Below are positions 45,841 to 55,804 of a DNA stretch of 64,000 nucleotides, in pieces. Source of the stretch: Eukaryota sp. TZLM1-RC (Eukaryota > Protista > Metamonada: BaSk clade); NCBI GenBank assembly GCA_040285825.1, contig JAUPSS010000012.1:1-64000 (forward strand), in the 5' to 3' direction. Every line of letters begins with the position of its first letter. Position 1 is the stretch's first letter. Made by a program: the position numbers and the translations under genes. The notes under the pieces were generated by a model that worked only from the letters and a program-made list of their open reading frames with translations, was not told where the DNA came from and made no database searches.

Positions 45841-47635
45841 TTATCAAAAAAGGGAATCAGTAATGTTTTGTATTACACAATTGACAAACTTATTTTTACT
45901 TATTCAAAAATAACATCCAGGAGCACTACTTTGATTACTTGGATTGGTTTGTTGATGTTTTTTATGATGTTAAGGGAAACAATAACGTTCTGAAAAAGAA
46001 AGATTAAAGAAACTTCTCATCATTCATCAAAAAAGTCAAATGCCTCCTTCTAGAAGGATGTAAAGATATTGATGGCGAAACTTCTGCAATGAGAAACAAA
46101 GTCTTGTCAATTACTTCGCTTTTCATTAATGACCACATCCCTCTTTTACTTCCCAGTAATTCCAAAAAGGAAAAGTATTCAAAATTTGATTTTTCATCAA
46201 AATCAAATTTGTATTTGAGGGTAATGTTTTATATTAATAATTATTTAGAAGATGAGGAGAGCAAACTCTTTCACGCTCATCCTTCGAAGAATTCTTGTAT
46301 TCCATCCTTTGTCAGAATTGACAAGACAAGTTTATTAAACTTGTTCTTTGTCCAATTCAAGCACATTCTTGGTCAAAGGTCGTCTTACCAATGCAATAAT
46401 CAAGCTGCTGATTTGATTTTTGGAATACCTTTTTGAAAATGGATAAGATTACAAATACTAAACTTTATTCAGAAAATTCCAAGTACATCATGTCTAGTAT
46501 CAGAACAGATGGAATAGGAGTAAGTTTTATTCAATCTAGAATGGACTTGAAAAAGTACAAAGTAACTGCAAAAGAGTTAAAAGATAAAGAACAATATATT
46601 GATGACCCCAGCATCAATCCTTCTGAATTTCAAGATATGAACCTTGCTGCTGCTGATCCAGGGAAATCTGAGCTACTCTATTCTTGTGCAAATTTAGCTA
46701 CTGGAATGACTCGTTCAAATAAACCTGAGAGAGATAAATATGTTCATTTCAGGTACACTCAAAATCAACGAAGATTTGAGTCGAAAAGTTCCAAATTCAT
46801 AAGAATAAGAGACAGCATATGGAATGACACTCTTATCACAATAAGTGACTCCACTGGTAGAGTGATTGATCTATCCAATTATGAACCATCTGAAGAGCAG
46901 CAACAAAGAATGGATTTAAGCAGCAGTATAATTAATCAAATGACTGAAAGAACAATTAGTTTATTAAGAAAAAAAGTACCTCAAGAAATCAATATTCCCC
47001 ACGAAATTGATTACTCATTCAATTTGAGAAATAATGATCACACGACTAAATCTGTAGCAGAATGGGAAGCAACTTTATCCCAATTCAATTCCAAAAGCTG
47101 CAGGTTTGATAGATTTATGGCATATATTAAACAAAAAATTTTTGTGAATAGTATTGTTGGTGAAGTCTATCATCAAAAAATATTTAGGAAACTAAGATGG
47201 CGGGCTGAGATTAATCGCACAAGATATGAAGCAAAAATGATCCAGGAATTCAAATCAGTAATTGGTGATCCCAGCCAAGTAGTTATCGGAATTGGAGATT
47301 GGGAACAACGAAAACACATGAAATTCAAAGAACCTACCAAAGGAAAAGGTTTGAGAATTCTATTTAAAAAGGCTGGTTATAAGGTCTTTTTGATTGATGA
47401 GTTTCGAACCAGTTGCTGTTGTTTCAACTGTAAGAAAGCGGAGAAAACAGTTGAAACATTCCGATGGTGCAGAAATCCAAAGTCATGGAAGAGGCATGAG
47501 ATGTCTATTCGTCACGGGCTTACAATGTGTAAATCATGCGAAAGTTTGTGGAATAGAGATCGAAATGCTTCGCTGAATATGTTGGCAGTGATGGAAGCAC
47601 ATGTTAATGGTGGAGATAGACCGGAATACCTGTAG
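45841..47635 (+). pseudogene. Fanzor1 (eukaryotic TnpB-like RNA-guided nuclease), N-terminally truncated and frameshifted, RuvC triad intact
   Basis: Motifs NNIQEHYFDY, IPSFVRIDKTSL, IRTDGIGVS, RuvC-I AAADPG, FRKLRW, IGIGDW, EPTKGKG, RuvC-II IDEFRTS, CxxC..CxxC, RuvC-III WNRDRNASLNM and RPEYL. Confidence 0.92.
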
Positions 47636-47668
47636 AGAGTCAAGGTTGACAGACGTTGAAAGAAAAAG

Positions 47669-48308
47669 GAGTTAATTACAAAAATGCTCATGTTTGGACC
47701 CCCCTTCTTTCAAATCTGCTCACGTTTTTCCATTGTGTCTAATTTCCCCTTCCTTTCTCCAATCTGAACACTATGGCCGAGAACAAAGCCTAAGAAGAGC
47801 TGATGCGCCTTCATCATGAGTCTAACGATGCATTGAAACCTGGAACTGTGTTTGACTCTAAATTTCAAATGGTGGATCCTCCTAGTGTGCCCAAAGTGGG
47901 TGGACGACCACGCAAGAAGCGAATTGATGCCTTTTCTCAACAAAGAAAGAGACAAAGAGTTGCACTGGTACAAGATGATTGGTTGTCCTTGTTCCAACAA
48001 GACAATGTCTCAGAACTTATCGACGTGGACGATGTTCATCCAGACTCAGACATGGAAAATCATTTCGACTTGCTGAATGACGATGTAGCATAGACTAGTA
48101 TTAAAAATAAACACTTTGATGACAAATGGTCTTTATCAGCTCTAAAGTGATATAAACACTTCGTATAGGTGATGTTAATGTTAGTATAACCTCAACTGAA
48201 AGTAGCAGTGTCAGGAGAATGGCTGATGGAATATAAGCAAAGGTAGCCCGAAACGCGAGCATTTTTGAAATTGCAAAGTGAAAACGTGAGCATTTTTGAA
48301 AATCACCC
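47669..48308 (+). mobile_element. 640-bp MULE/Mutator-like deletion derivative
   Basis: Imperfect TIRs GAGTTAATTACAAAAATGCTCATGTTT and (reverse complement) GGGTGATTTTCAAAAATGCTCACGTTT, with a subterminal repeat of the same motif. 10-bp TSD AAAGAAAAAG at 47659-47668 and 48309-48318. The internal ORF carries PP..GGRPRKKR, typical of MULE transposase C-termini. Confidence 0.85.
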
Positions 48309-48420
48309 AAAGAAAAAGGTACATATTGAGAAGAAAATCTTCCATTTCTCAAAAACTCAGCCCCTCTCCACCGGTGTAAACAGGACACTTATTTCATTGT
48401 TATAGACATCATCTGTTTCA

Positions 48421-49365
48421 ATGACTCATTCGACTAATGTTCTTATCTTCGGCCCGGGTGCTATCGGACTGTTTTATGGCGCACAACTTTTGCGTTCCAA
48501 TACTTGCAATGTACATTTTCTAATCAGATCAGATTTTGATCAAGTGCAAGAAAATGGCATACAAATGGTATCAGACAAACTGGGTGATTTCCACTTCACC
48601 GATGTTAACCTCCACACCGATTCAAGCACACTTCCAATGATTGATTATGTACTTGTTTGCACCAAGACTCATGTGAACAGTGACATTGTCATCAAGGATC
48701 TCCCTAGTGTTGTAACCCCAAACTACACCACTATTGTAGTTGTTCAGAACGGTTTAGACAATGAACGTCTCTTTGACCACCACTTTCCCAATAATCCAAT
48801 CATTGGTGGTATCAGCTACGTATGTGCATCTAGACTTGAGCCAGGTGTTGTTCGCCACTTTGACAGAGGAAATCTTTGCGTTGGTGGGCATAGATGTGAC
48901 CAAGATCATGTAGCAAAGTTAGTTTCCCTCTTCAAATCTGATATTGGTATTGAAGTCACCAAAACTGCCAATTTGAGAACAACAAGATTTAAAAAATTAA
49001 TTTGGAATTTGGTTTATAACTCTTTATCTGTTGTTCTCTATGCTGATACTGTTCAATTAGTTGCTACTGATCGCCTCTTATCTCTTGCTAGGGATATTTC
49101 TCTTGAAGTCATTCGTGTTGCTAAGGCTGCTGGTTGTTCGATCGATCAGGCTTATGCAGACCAAGTCGTTGAAATTACACAAAAGATGTCAAAGTATAAG
49201 ACATCAATGTTGGTTGATTTCGATGCTAAAAGACCCTTGGAATTGGAGTGGTTACACTATTCCCTCATTAATGTTGCTAGAGAAGTTGAAGTTGAGGTGC
49301 CCTTGGTCAAGATGCTAGCTGCTCAACTTGAGTTCCTTGACCTCCGTAATAGAGGCCATATTTAG
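48421..49365 (+). CDS. panE: 2-dehydropantoate 2-reductase (ApbA/PanE family)
   Basis: GPGAIG Rossmann motif, VCTKT, QNGL, KKLIWN, KTSMLVD and PLELE. Confidence 0.88.
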   Translation: MTHSTNVLIFGPGAIGLFYGAQLLRSNTCNVHFLIRSDFDQVQENGIQMVSDKLGDFHFTDVNLHTDSSTLPMIDYVLVCTKTHVNSDIVIKDLPSVVTPNYTTIVVVQNGLDNERLFDHHFPNNPIIGGISYVCASRLEPGVVRHFDRGNLCVGGHRCDQDHVAKLVSLFKSDIGIEVTKTANLRTTRFKKLIWNLVYNSLSVVLYADTVQLVATDRLLSLARDISLEVIRVAKAAGCSIDQAYADQVVEITQKMSKYKTSMLVDFDAKRPLELEWLHYSLINVAREVEVEVPLVKMLAAQLEFLDLRNRGHI

Positions 49366-49663
49366 TTGTACATATTGTTCATAAATTTTTCTACTGTTTT
49401 AATTGATTTTGATTTCAGTAAATGCATTATGTTATCGTGGACTCCAAAGTTTTTTTGATTTAAATCACCGATTTGAAAATAAGTGCACTGTTTGTAAAAC
49501 CACCTTTGTTTAACCCGTTCTCAATTGTTGAGATGGCAAAGAGAGTGGGTAAACAGATGCAGTGCTGGGAATAACAAATATTCGAAATCAACTTCAAGAG
49601 TGGAGCTTCAAAATTACTTAAAGGTTCATCCTCACTGTTTCTTCTACAACATACTCTTACACA

Positions 49664-50309
49664 ATGTCTATCATGGAATATAATGGTGGTTGCGTCATCG
49701 CAATGGTCGGTAAGAACTGTGTTGCGATCGCTTCCGATACTCGCTTTGGTGTTCAGCAACAAACAATCGGCATGGACTTTGTCAAAGTACTACCCATCAA
49801 CTCTCGCGTCTTTGCAGGCTTCTCCGGTTTAGCAACCGATATCCAGACCCTGTTTGTTTTACTTTGTCTCTGCTTATCTCAGAGCCGAAATCCTCACATT
49901 TCAATGTAATCTGTACAAGTTACGCGAGGATCGGGACATCCAGCCAAAAGCTTTTGCACACATGCTCTCCTCTCTTCTGTACGAGAAGAGGTTTGCGCCA
50001 TACTTCAATGAACCTATCGTAGCTGGTCTCAAAGCGGATGGTTCTCCCTATGTTTGCACTATGGATCTTTTAGGAACAATTACTGAAACGAACGACTTTG
50101 TTGTTGCCGGAACTTGTACAGAAATGCTTCTAGGAACCTCAGAATCTCTTTGGCGACCAGATCTCAATGAAGATGAACTGTTAGATGTCATCTCACAATG
50201 TTTGATGGCATCTGTCAATAGAGATGCAGTATCTGGGTGGGGTGGACAAGTGAAGATAATTACCCCTGACAATATAAGGACTGTTGATCTTAAAAGTCGA
50301 CTAGATTAG
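49664..50309 (+). CDS. PSMB3: Proteasome subunit beta type-3; 31-nt intron at 49852-49882
   Basis: [25 protein letters not shown]; GLATDIQT|LAEILTF after splicing; [11 protein letters not shown]; RDAVSGWG. Confidence 0.96.
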
Positions 50310-51280
50310 TTCTGAATAAAGAATTTGGTTTTGATTTGGTTTTTGTTGTAGTTTTACCTTTCAAACCATAATAAAGGACAATTTAGTCACATTCAGTGGA
50401 ATAGTTCCTTACAATCTTTCTGTTGAGAGTGGAGGGAAAAAGTGGTTTAACAACAAGTTGAGGATGAGCTGTTATAAGTTCTGTTATTGAGGCTATTTCA
50501 TGTACATTATGTATGGGTGATATTATCTAGCTGCCTAGGCTATTCTTTGATCGTGGCGACTACCAAAAATGGGACAATGACGCACACAATTTAGCATGAA
50601 TTAAAAACAAGTTGATTCGCCCAATTTGCGATAAATTCGTGGGAAGTGGAATAGAATGAGATCTTGGTAATTTCTGGAATTAAAGGAATAAGGGAAAATA
50701 TTGAAATAATAATAAGCTTACAATTCCAAAAAGGTCAGTCTACTAGTCAAAACGCATATCATCAACAGATTTTGTAAAATGTGTTACCAGATATCCCACC
50801 ACAAGAATTCTTTCTTTAACCGTTTTCTACACTGTGATTGTACATTTGTCTTAATTATATTTCTTACATCATTTCATTATCCCAAATCCCAAAAGTGTAA
50901 AATATTGGTTTTTGTTCTGTTGCAAGTGGTGCAGACATTTTTCCGCTGTTGTTGATACCAGTTTTCCATCGCTTCAAGGCGTGAGATGGTATTTGACTCC
51001 GTGAAGCGTGATAATATATTTGAATCACTTTAAAGTTCATCTGTTGATTGTTGAAATTGTTCCTTAATCTGTATTTTAAACGTATTTTGAATTGTAGGGT
51101 CAATGATATTCTTAGTTCACGAACAGCATTGACTCTTGATATGATTCATGTTGTGGATCATTATCTTAAAGGAAATGAAAGAACTCAAGTTTAGAAAAGA
51201 TCAACTTGATTCATTTAATCTACATCCCCCACTAATCTCAACAAGTTATTAGTATTTGACATTAGTGTGCTATTAGCTCG

Positions 51281-53828
51281 ATGTCATCTTCAACTGATTC
51301 TGATCAAATTCTTGATGAGGCCACCCTCCATGTAAAGCAACTGTCTGCTGCCTTGCGCAGATATATTGTATGTCTGCCATCTTGCTCCTTGACCTCAGGA
51401 CGAACAAAACTTTCGTGAGATTGCTAAAACTGCTTCTACAATGATCTCTGAACTTCGAACCTCTCTTCTCTCTGCACAAAACTACTTTTCTCTTTACAGC
51501 GTTGTCATTGACGAACTCAGATGGGTTGAGTTTTATTTTGATGACGAAGCCAAACGTGGACGCTCTATGAACGAGTTTTACGTCTATGTCCAGCGTATAG
51601 GCAACATCATCCCTCGTCTCTACCTGCTCGTCACTGTCGGCTCTGTCTTTATGAAATCTGGTGAGGCACCTGTCAACCACATTCTCAAGGACCTTCTTGA
51701 GATGTGCCGTGGCGTCCAACATCCAATGAGAGGGCTCTTCCTTCGCTCCTACCTTTTACAAATGTCCAAAGACTTCCTTCCCAATTCCAACACCACCGAC
51801 CCTCGCCATGGTGATATCAACGACTCTATTCACTTCATCCTTTCAAACTTCACTGAGATGAACAAGCTATGGGTCCGTATGCAGCACCTTCCCCTGGACC
51901 TTCCTCCCCTCCCCAAGAACCAGAACGAACTTCCCCCTGCTGAACTTGCCAAGATCAAGGCTGGTGCCAAAGCCAAAGCTCTTGAGAAGAGAAAGCATGA
52001 GAGGTTGAACCTTCGAGTCTTGGTTGGTCATAACTTGGCTGTGCTGGCCAATCTTGAAGGTCTCAATCATCACTTGTTTGGAGAAGAAGTTCTCCCAGTG
52101 ATTTTCAAGCAGGTTATTAACTGTAAAGATCCAATCGCCCAACAATACGTGTTAGAGTCAATCACCCATGCTTTCCCTGATGAACTTCATTTGCGTACAA
52201 TTGAACAGTTCCTTTCAACATGTGCTGATCTCCATGACTCAGTTGATGTCAACTCTATTGTTTCTCAGTATGTGTCTAGGGTGGCCGAATTTGCCTCAAA
52301 GAACCCTGGTGAAGTACCTAAGCTTTACTTGGAAGATAATGAAACAGAAGAGGATTTGTTTGCTGTTTTTGCGTTTTATATTTCTAAAATTACTACTGAA
52401 AGAAAAGAAGTCATGGGTCCCAGCGATATAATTTGCCTTTCTGATGCTCTTTTGTCTGTGGTTTTGAAGTGTTTCCCCGACCGTCATGATTACATTGATC
52501 ACGTCATTAGCCAATTACCTTCCCATGCTAGTGATTCCAATAACCCTGAAGCTTTCAGAAGTAGCTCCACCATTAGTAGGCAAGCTTTGGCTCTGTTGAA
52601 GAGAGTGGTTGAGGAGTATGGTAACTTGTCAAAAATCGCAAGACTTTCTCATTACCACAAAGCCATGGCTCTTTTGCCTGCAATGTCTGCTAGGCAGTTG
52701 GCAAGAGTATTAGGTGAGTCATGTGTGGGGCAAAATCTGTTGAATTTACAAGACCAATCAGAAGAAGAGATCACTGACACGTGTCAATCTGTATTTAATC
52801 TGTTATTACCTCTTTATACTGACAATGATGTCGATGACGAAGATAGAGCTGATGATGCCATTCTTTTAGGAAAAGTCCTTTGTTCTTTTAAGGGAAAGGT
52901 CGAATCAAGTGTTCAGTTGAGTTATGTAACCACTGTACACAAACTTCTCGAGAAATCTGGTGATCTGAGGCTTCGTTTGATCTATCCTTCATTAGTTGAC
53001 TTGGCTCTTCATGCAGCATTCCTTGGTGGTAAGAAGGAAGAAAAAGAAAACAATGGGGAAGTAGAGGAGGCAGAGAAAGAGACAGAAGAAGGAAAGCATG
53101 AACAATCTGAAGAGGAAAAAGTTGTTGAAAATGAAGTTGAAAATGGTGAAGAAAATAGTAGAAATGCAATCAAATTAGCATTGGAATACTGCGAAATGTT
53201 GCGTGATCTCGATGCAAGGCTTTGTCTGTCTCTTTTGACTCAAGTGTCTCTTTGCGCATTCAAAATTGCAGAGTTTTCACTAGCTTATGATTCAATGGCC
53301 CAGGCCTTGTTGGTATTCGAAAGAGAACCTCTAGGTGACTCGAGCAAGCAATTAGATGCATTTATGCTTATCATATCCTCATTAAAATCTATGAACTTGC
53401 CAGATGGACTCCAAGATACCTTGGCTTCAAGAGCTACGAATCTACATTCCCAGTTGCTGTTACGTTCTGATCAGTGTTTTGCTCTTGTTCTTTGTTCACA
53501 TTTGTTTGAAAATACAGATGAAGATAGGGTTTTGGAAATTTTACGCCGCTCCCTCAAGATTGCTGATAAGTGCATGGAGACACAAGTTGATGTTGGACTT
53601 TTGGTTCACATTCTAGAGCGTTTCCTTTATCATTTTGACCGAACTTGTCTTGAAGGTAGCAAGATTGATGCAACCCATATCAATGGTATTTTGTCTCTTA
53701 TTGCCAGCAATCTTTCTGAAGATCCTTCAGGCCAAGCTGCTTTTGAAAATGTAATTAATCATGTGAATTTGAAGAAAGAGGAAGAGAAGTTCAGTGAGTA
53801 CTATGCTGAAGTATCTACATCTGTTTAA
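51281..53828 (+). CDS. VPS35: Retromer subunit VPS35; 31-nt intron at 51368-51398
   Basis: ELRTSLLS, GNIIPRLYLLVTVG, EMCRGVQHPMRGLFLRSYL and NFTEMNKLWVRMQH. An upstream 29-codon exon from the ATG at 51281 splices in frame. Confidence 0.96.
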
Positions 53829-54153
53829 TATTGTTTTTTAGAATAAATTATTGTTTATATAGATGGTTTATTGATGTTGCTTTAGACTGCTGATATACGA
53901 ACATCAATGAAGAACCCTTTTTATTTTGGATAAGTGTTTATCAGATAAATGGAACTTCATACAATGTATCCTTGAACCTCAATTGTCATGTTGCTCTTGA
54001 TCGTGGGTTTGCATAGTCATTGAGTGATATATCTATACTCTGACAAACCTCCATGCAAATTGAGAACCTGATTGATATCACTTACTGAATCTTTGACTCT
54101 ACTAATGCTCCACCTACGAACTTTACACCTTTCAGTTTCTCTCTGATCCATTG

Positions 54154-55082
54154 ATGCTCACCACTCCTGTGAAAACATACTTGCCATACTCTGTCTTTGT
54201 ATTGTACATTGTCTTTTCTCTATTTGTTGATCCCCTTCTTGCTCTTTCTGCTATCCTTGCACTTATTCCTTTTCTGTTAGTTTTTTTCAAACTACATTCT
54301 ACGATAAAGAATCATTGTGAAGAATTAATCTTTACACGTATTTTTTGGTCAATGTCTCCTTTTTTGACCATTGTAGCAGTCCAACAAATTGCTTTTAGCT
54401 GGATTTTTGACAAATTGATTCCAAATTCGAATAATACAATGTTATTCATAGTAATTTGTTTGTTTTTTGCTTTTGTTGTTGCTGCCTTGGTAGAAGAATC
54501 CTCCAAGCTCCTATGCATCTGTTTCTACTCCTCTTACATCAATGGAGCCATCAATGGAAGCCTTTATGTATGTTACTATTCAACCCATTTCATTGCAGGG
54601 AATTTCAGCTGGTTTGGCATTTGCATCCTTTGAGAATATAAGTCATGTCACTCTTGCTTACAAACTTGGAGGAGTTATCCCCATGATGATTGTAGCTACC
54701 ATACGATCTCTGACAGCTGTACCTTTGCACTGCATCTGTGGGGGATACATCGGCATTGGGATGGCTGAGAGGAAGCTAGCAAGTCATGTTTCGTTAGTTT
54801 GTTTTGTTTGTTTTGGTTATGACATTGCCAATATCATTGCACGGAGCTTACATCTTTTTTCTTTTATTGTTTCCGTTAGTCGAGCACTTGTTCCCTCTCT
54901 CAGTACAACTCGCTTATGTATGTATTGTTGGAGGTGGGTTTGTCATGGTTGTGTGGCATTATGGGTTGGGGTTGAAAAATAGAACGTTTCGAGTATATTC
55001 AATGTTAATTATGTTGTCAGACCAAAGCAATCAATCAACTCATAATCAATCAACAGAAGTCAGTCATTTACTCAGTTTGTAA
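54154..55082 (+). CDS. PrsW-family intramembrane protease; 31-nt intron at 54568-54598 and an apparent frameshift near 54800
   Basis: ALVEESSK; after splicing YGISAGLAFASFEN; AVPLH; LHGAY in the next frame. Confidence 0.78.
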
Positions 55083-55360
55083 TTTGATTGATTAATTACT
55101 TGTTGAAAACATATCATTTTATACAGATCATATCATATCAAATTATAATTCTTTTGAGAAGGAATGAAATAAACAATTGAATTTCTCAAAACTATTTAAA
55201 CTATTTACATGAGTTATAGTAAATTTCGACAACTCATTGTGAGTCAATAAAAATTGATTGAAATTAAATAAAATTAATTCAAGAGGACATCCTTGAATTA
55301 ATAAAAAAAATAAAAAAGGTTAATCAAAATAAATAAATAAAAAAATTAAAGACCCTATAA

Positions 55361-55804
55361 TTAACCACCAACCCCTTCTTCTTTCCCTTCTTTCCGTACG
55401 TCATACTCCTCATAAACATCTTCCCACTCTTCATCATCTTCACTTGGAAACTTGAACTCTGATAGGGGAGGAATATGGGCTTCAGCAGCAGTAGAAGTGA
55501 TCTTAGAATGTGAAAACTCATAAATAAAGAGAAATACAAAGCATAGAAGAAGAATAATGGCAAACGATGCTGTGAAAACAATACGATGTAGACGTAACGT
55601 TGAATTTGGAGGGGAGGGTGGAGGTTCAACGCCATCAGGAAGCCTGACTTCAGTTCTTGTCCATAGAAAGATTGTGATAATTACAGAGAGTATACAGAAT
55701 ACATATTTGAGGGAGGAGCCAGTGGATGAGAACACTGAAATGGCCGAGGTAAGGACTAGGAGTACAATGGTGATGAATAGACCAATACCAAGACCTAGTA
55801 TCAT
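55361..55804 (-). CDS. Hypothetical 3-TM protein with acidic tail
   Basis: Three hydrophobic segments; intact ORF. Confidence 0.55.
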   Translation of the reverse strand: MILGLGIGLFITIVLLVLTSAISVFSSTGSSLKYVFCILSVIITIFLWTRTEVRLPDGVEPPPSPPNSTLRLHRIVFTASFAIILLLCFVFLFIYEFSHSKITSTAAEAHIPPLSEFKFPSEDDEEWEDVYEEYDVRKEGKEEGVGG

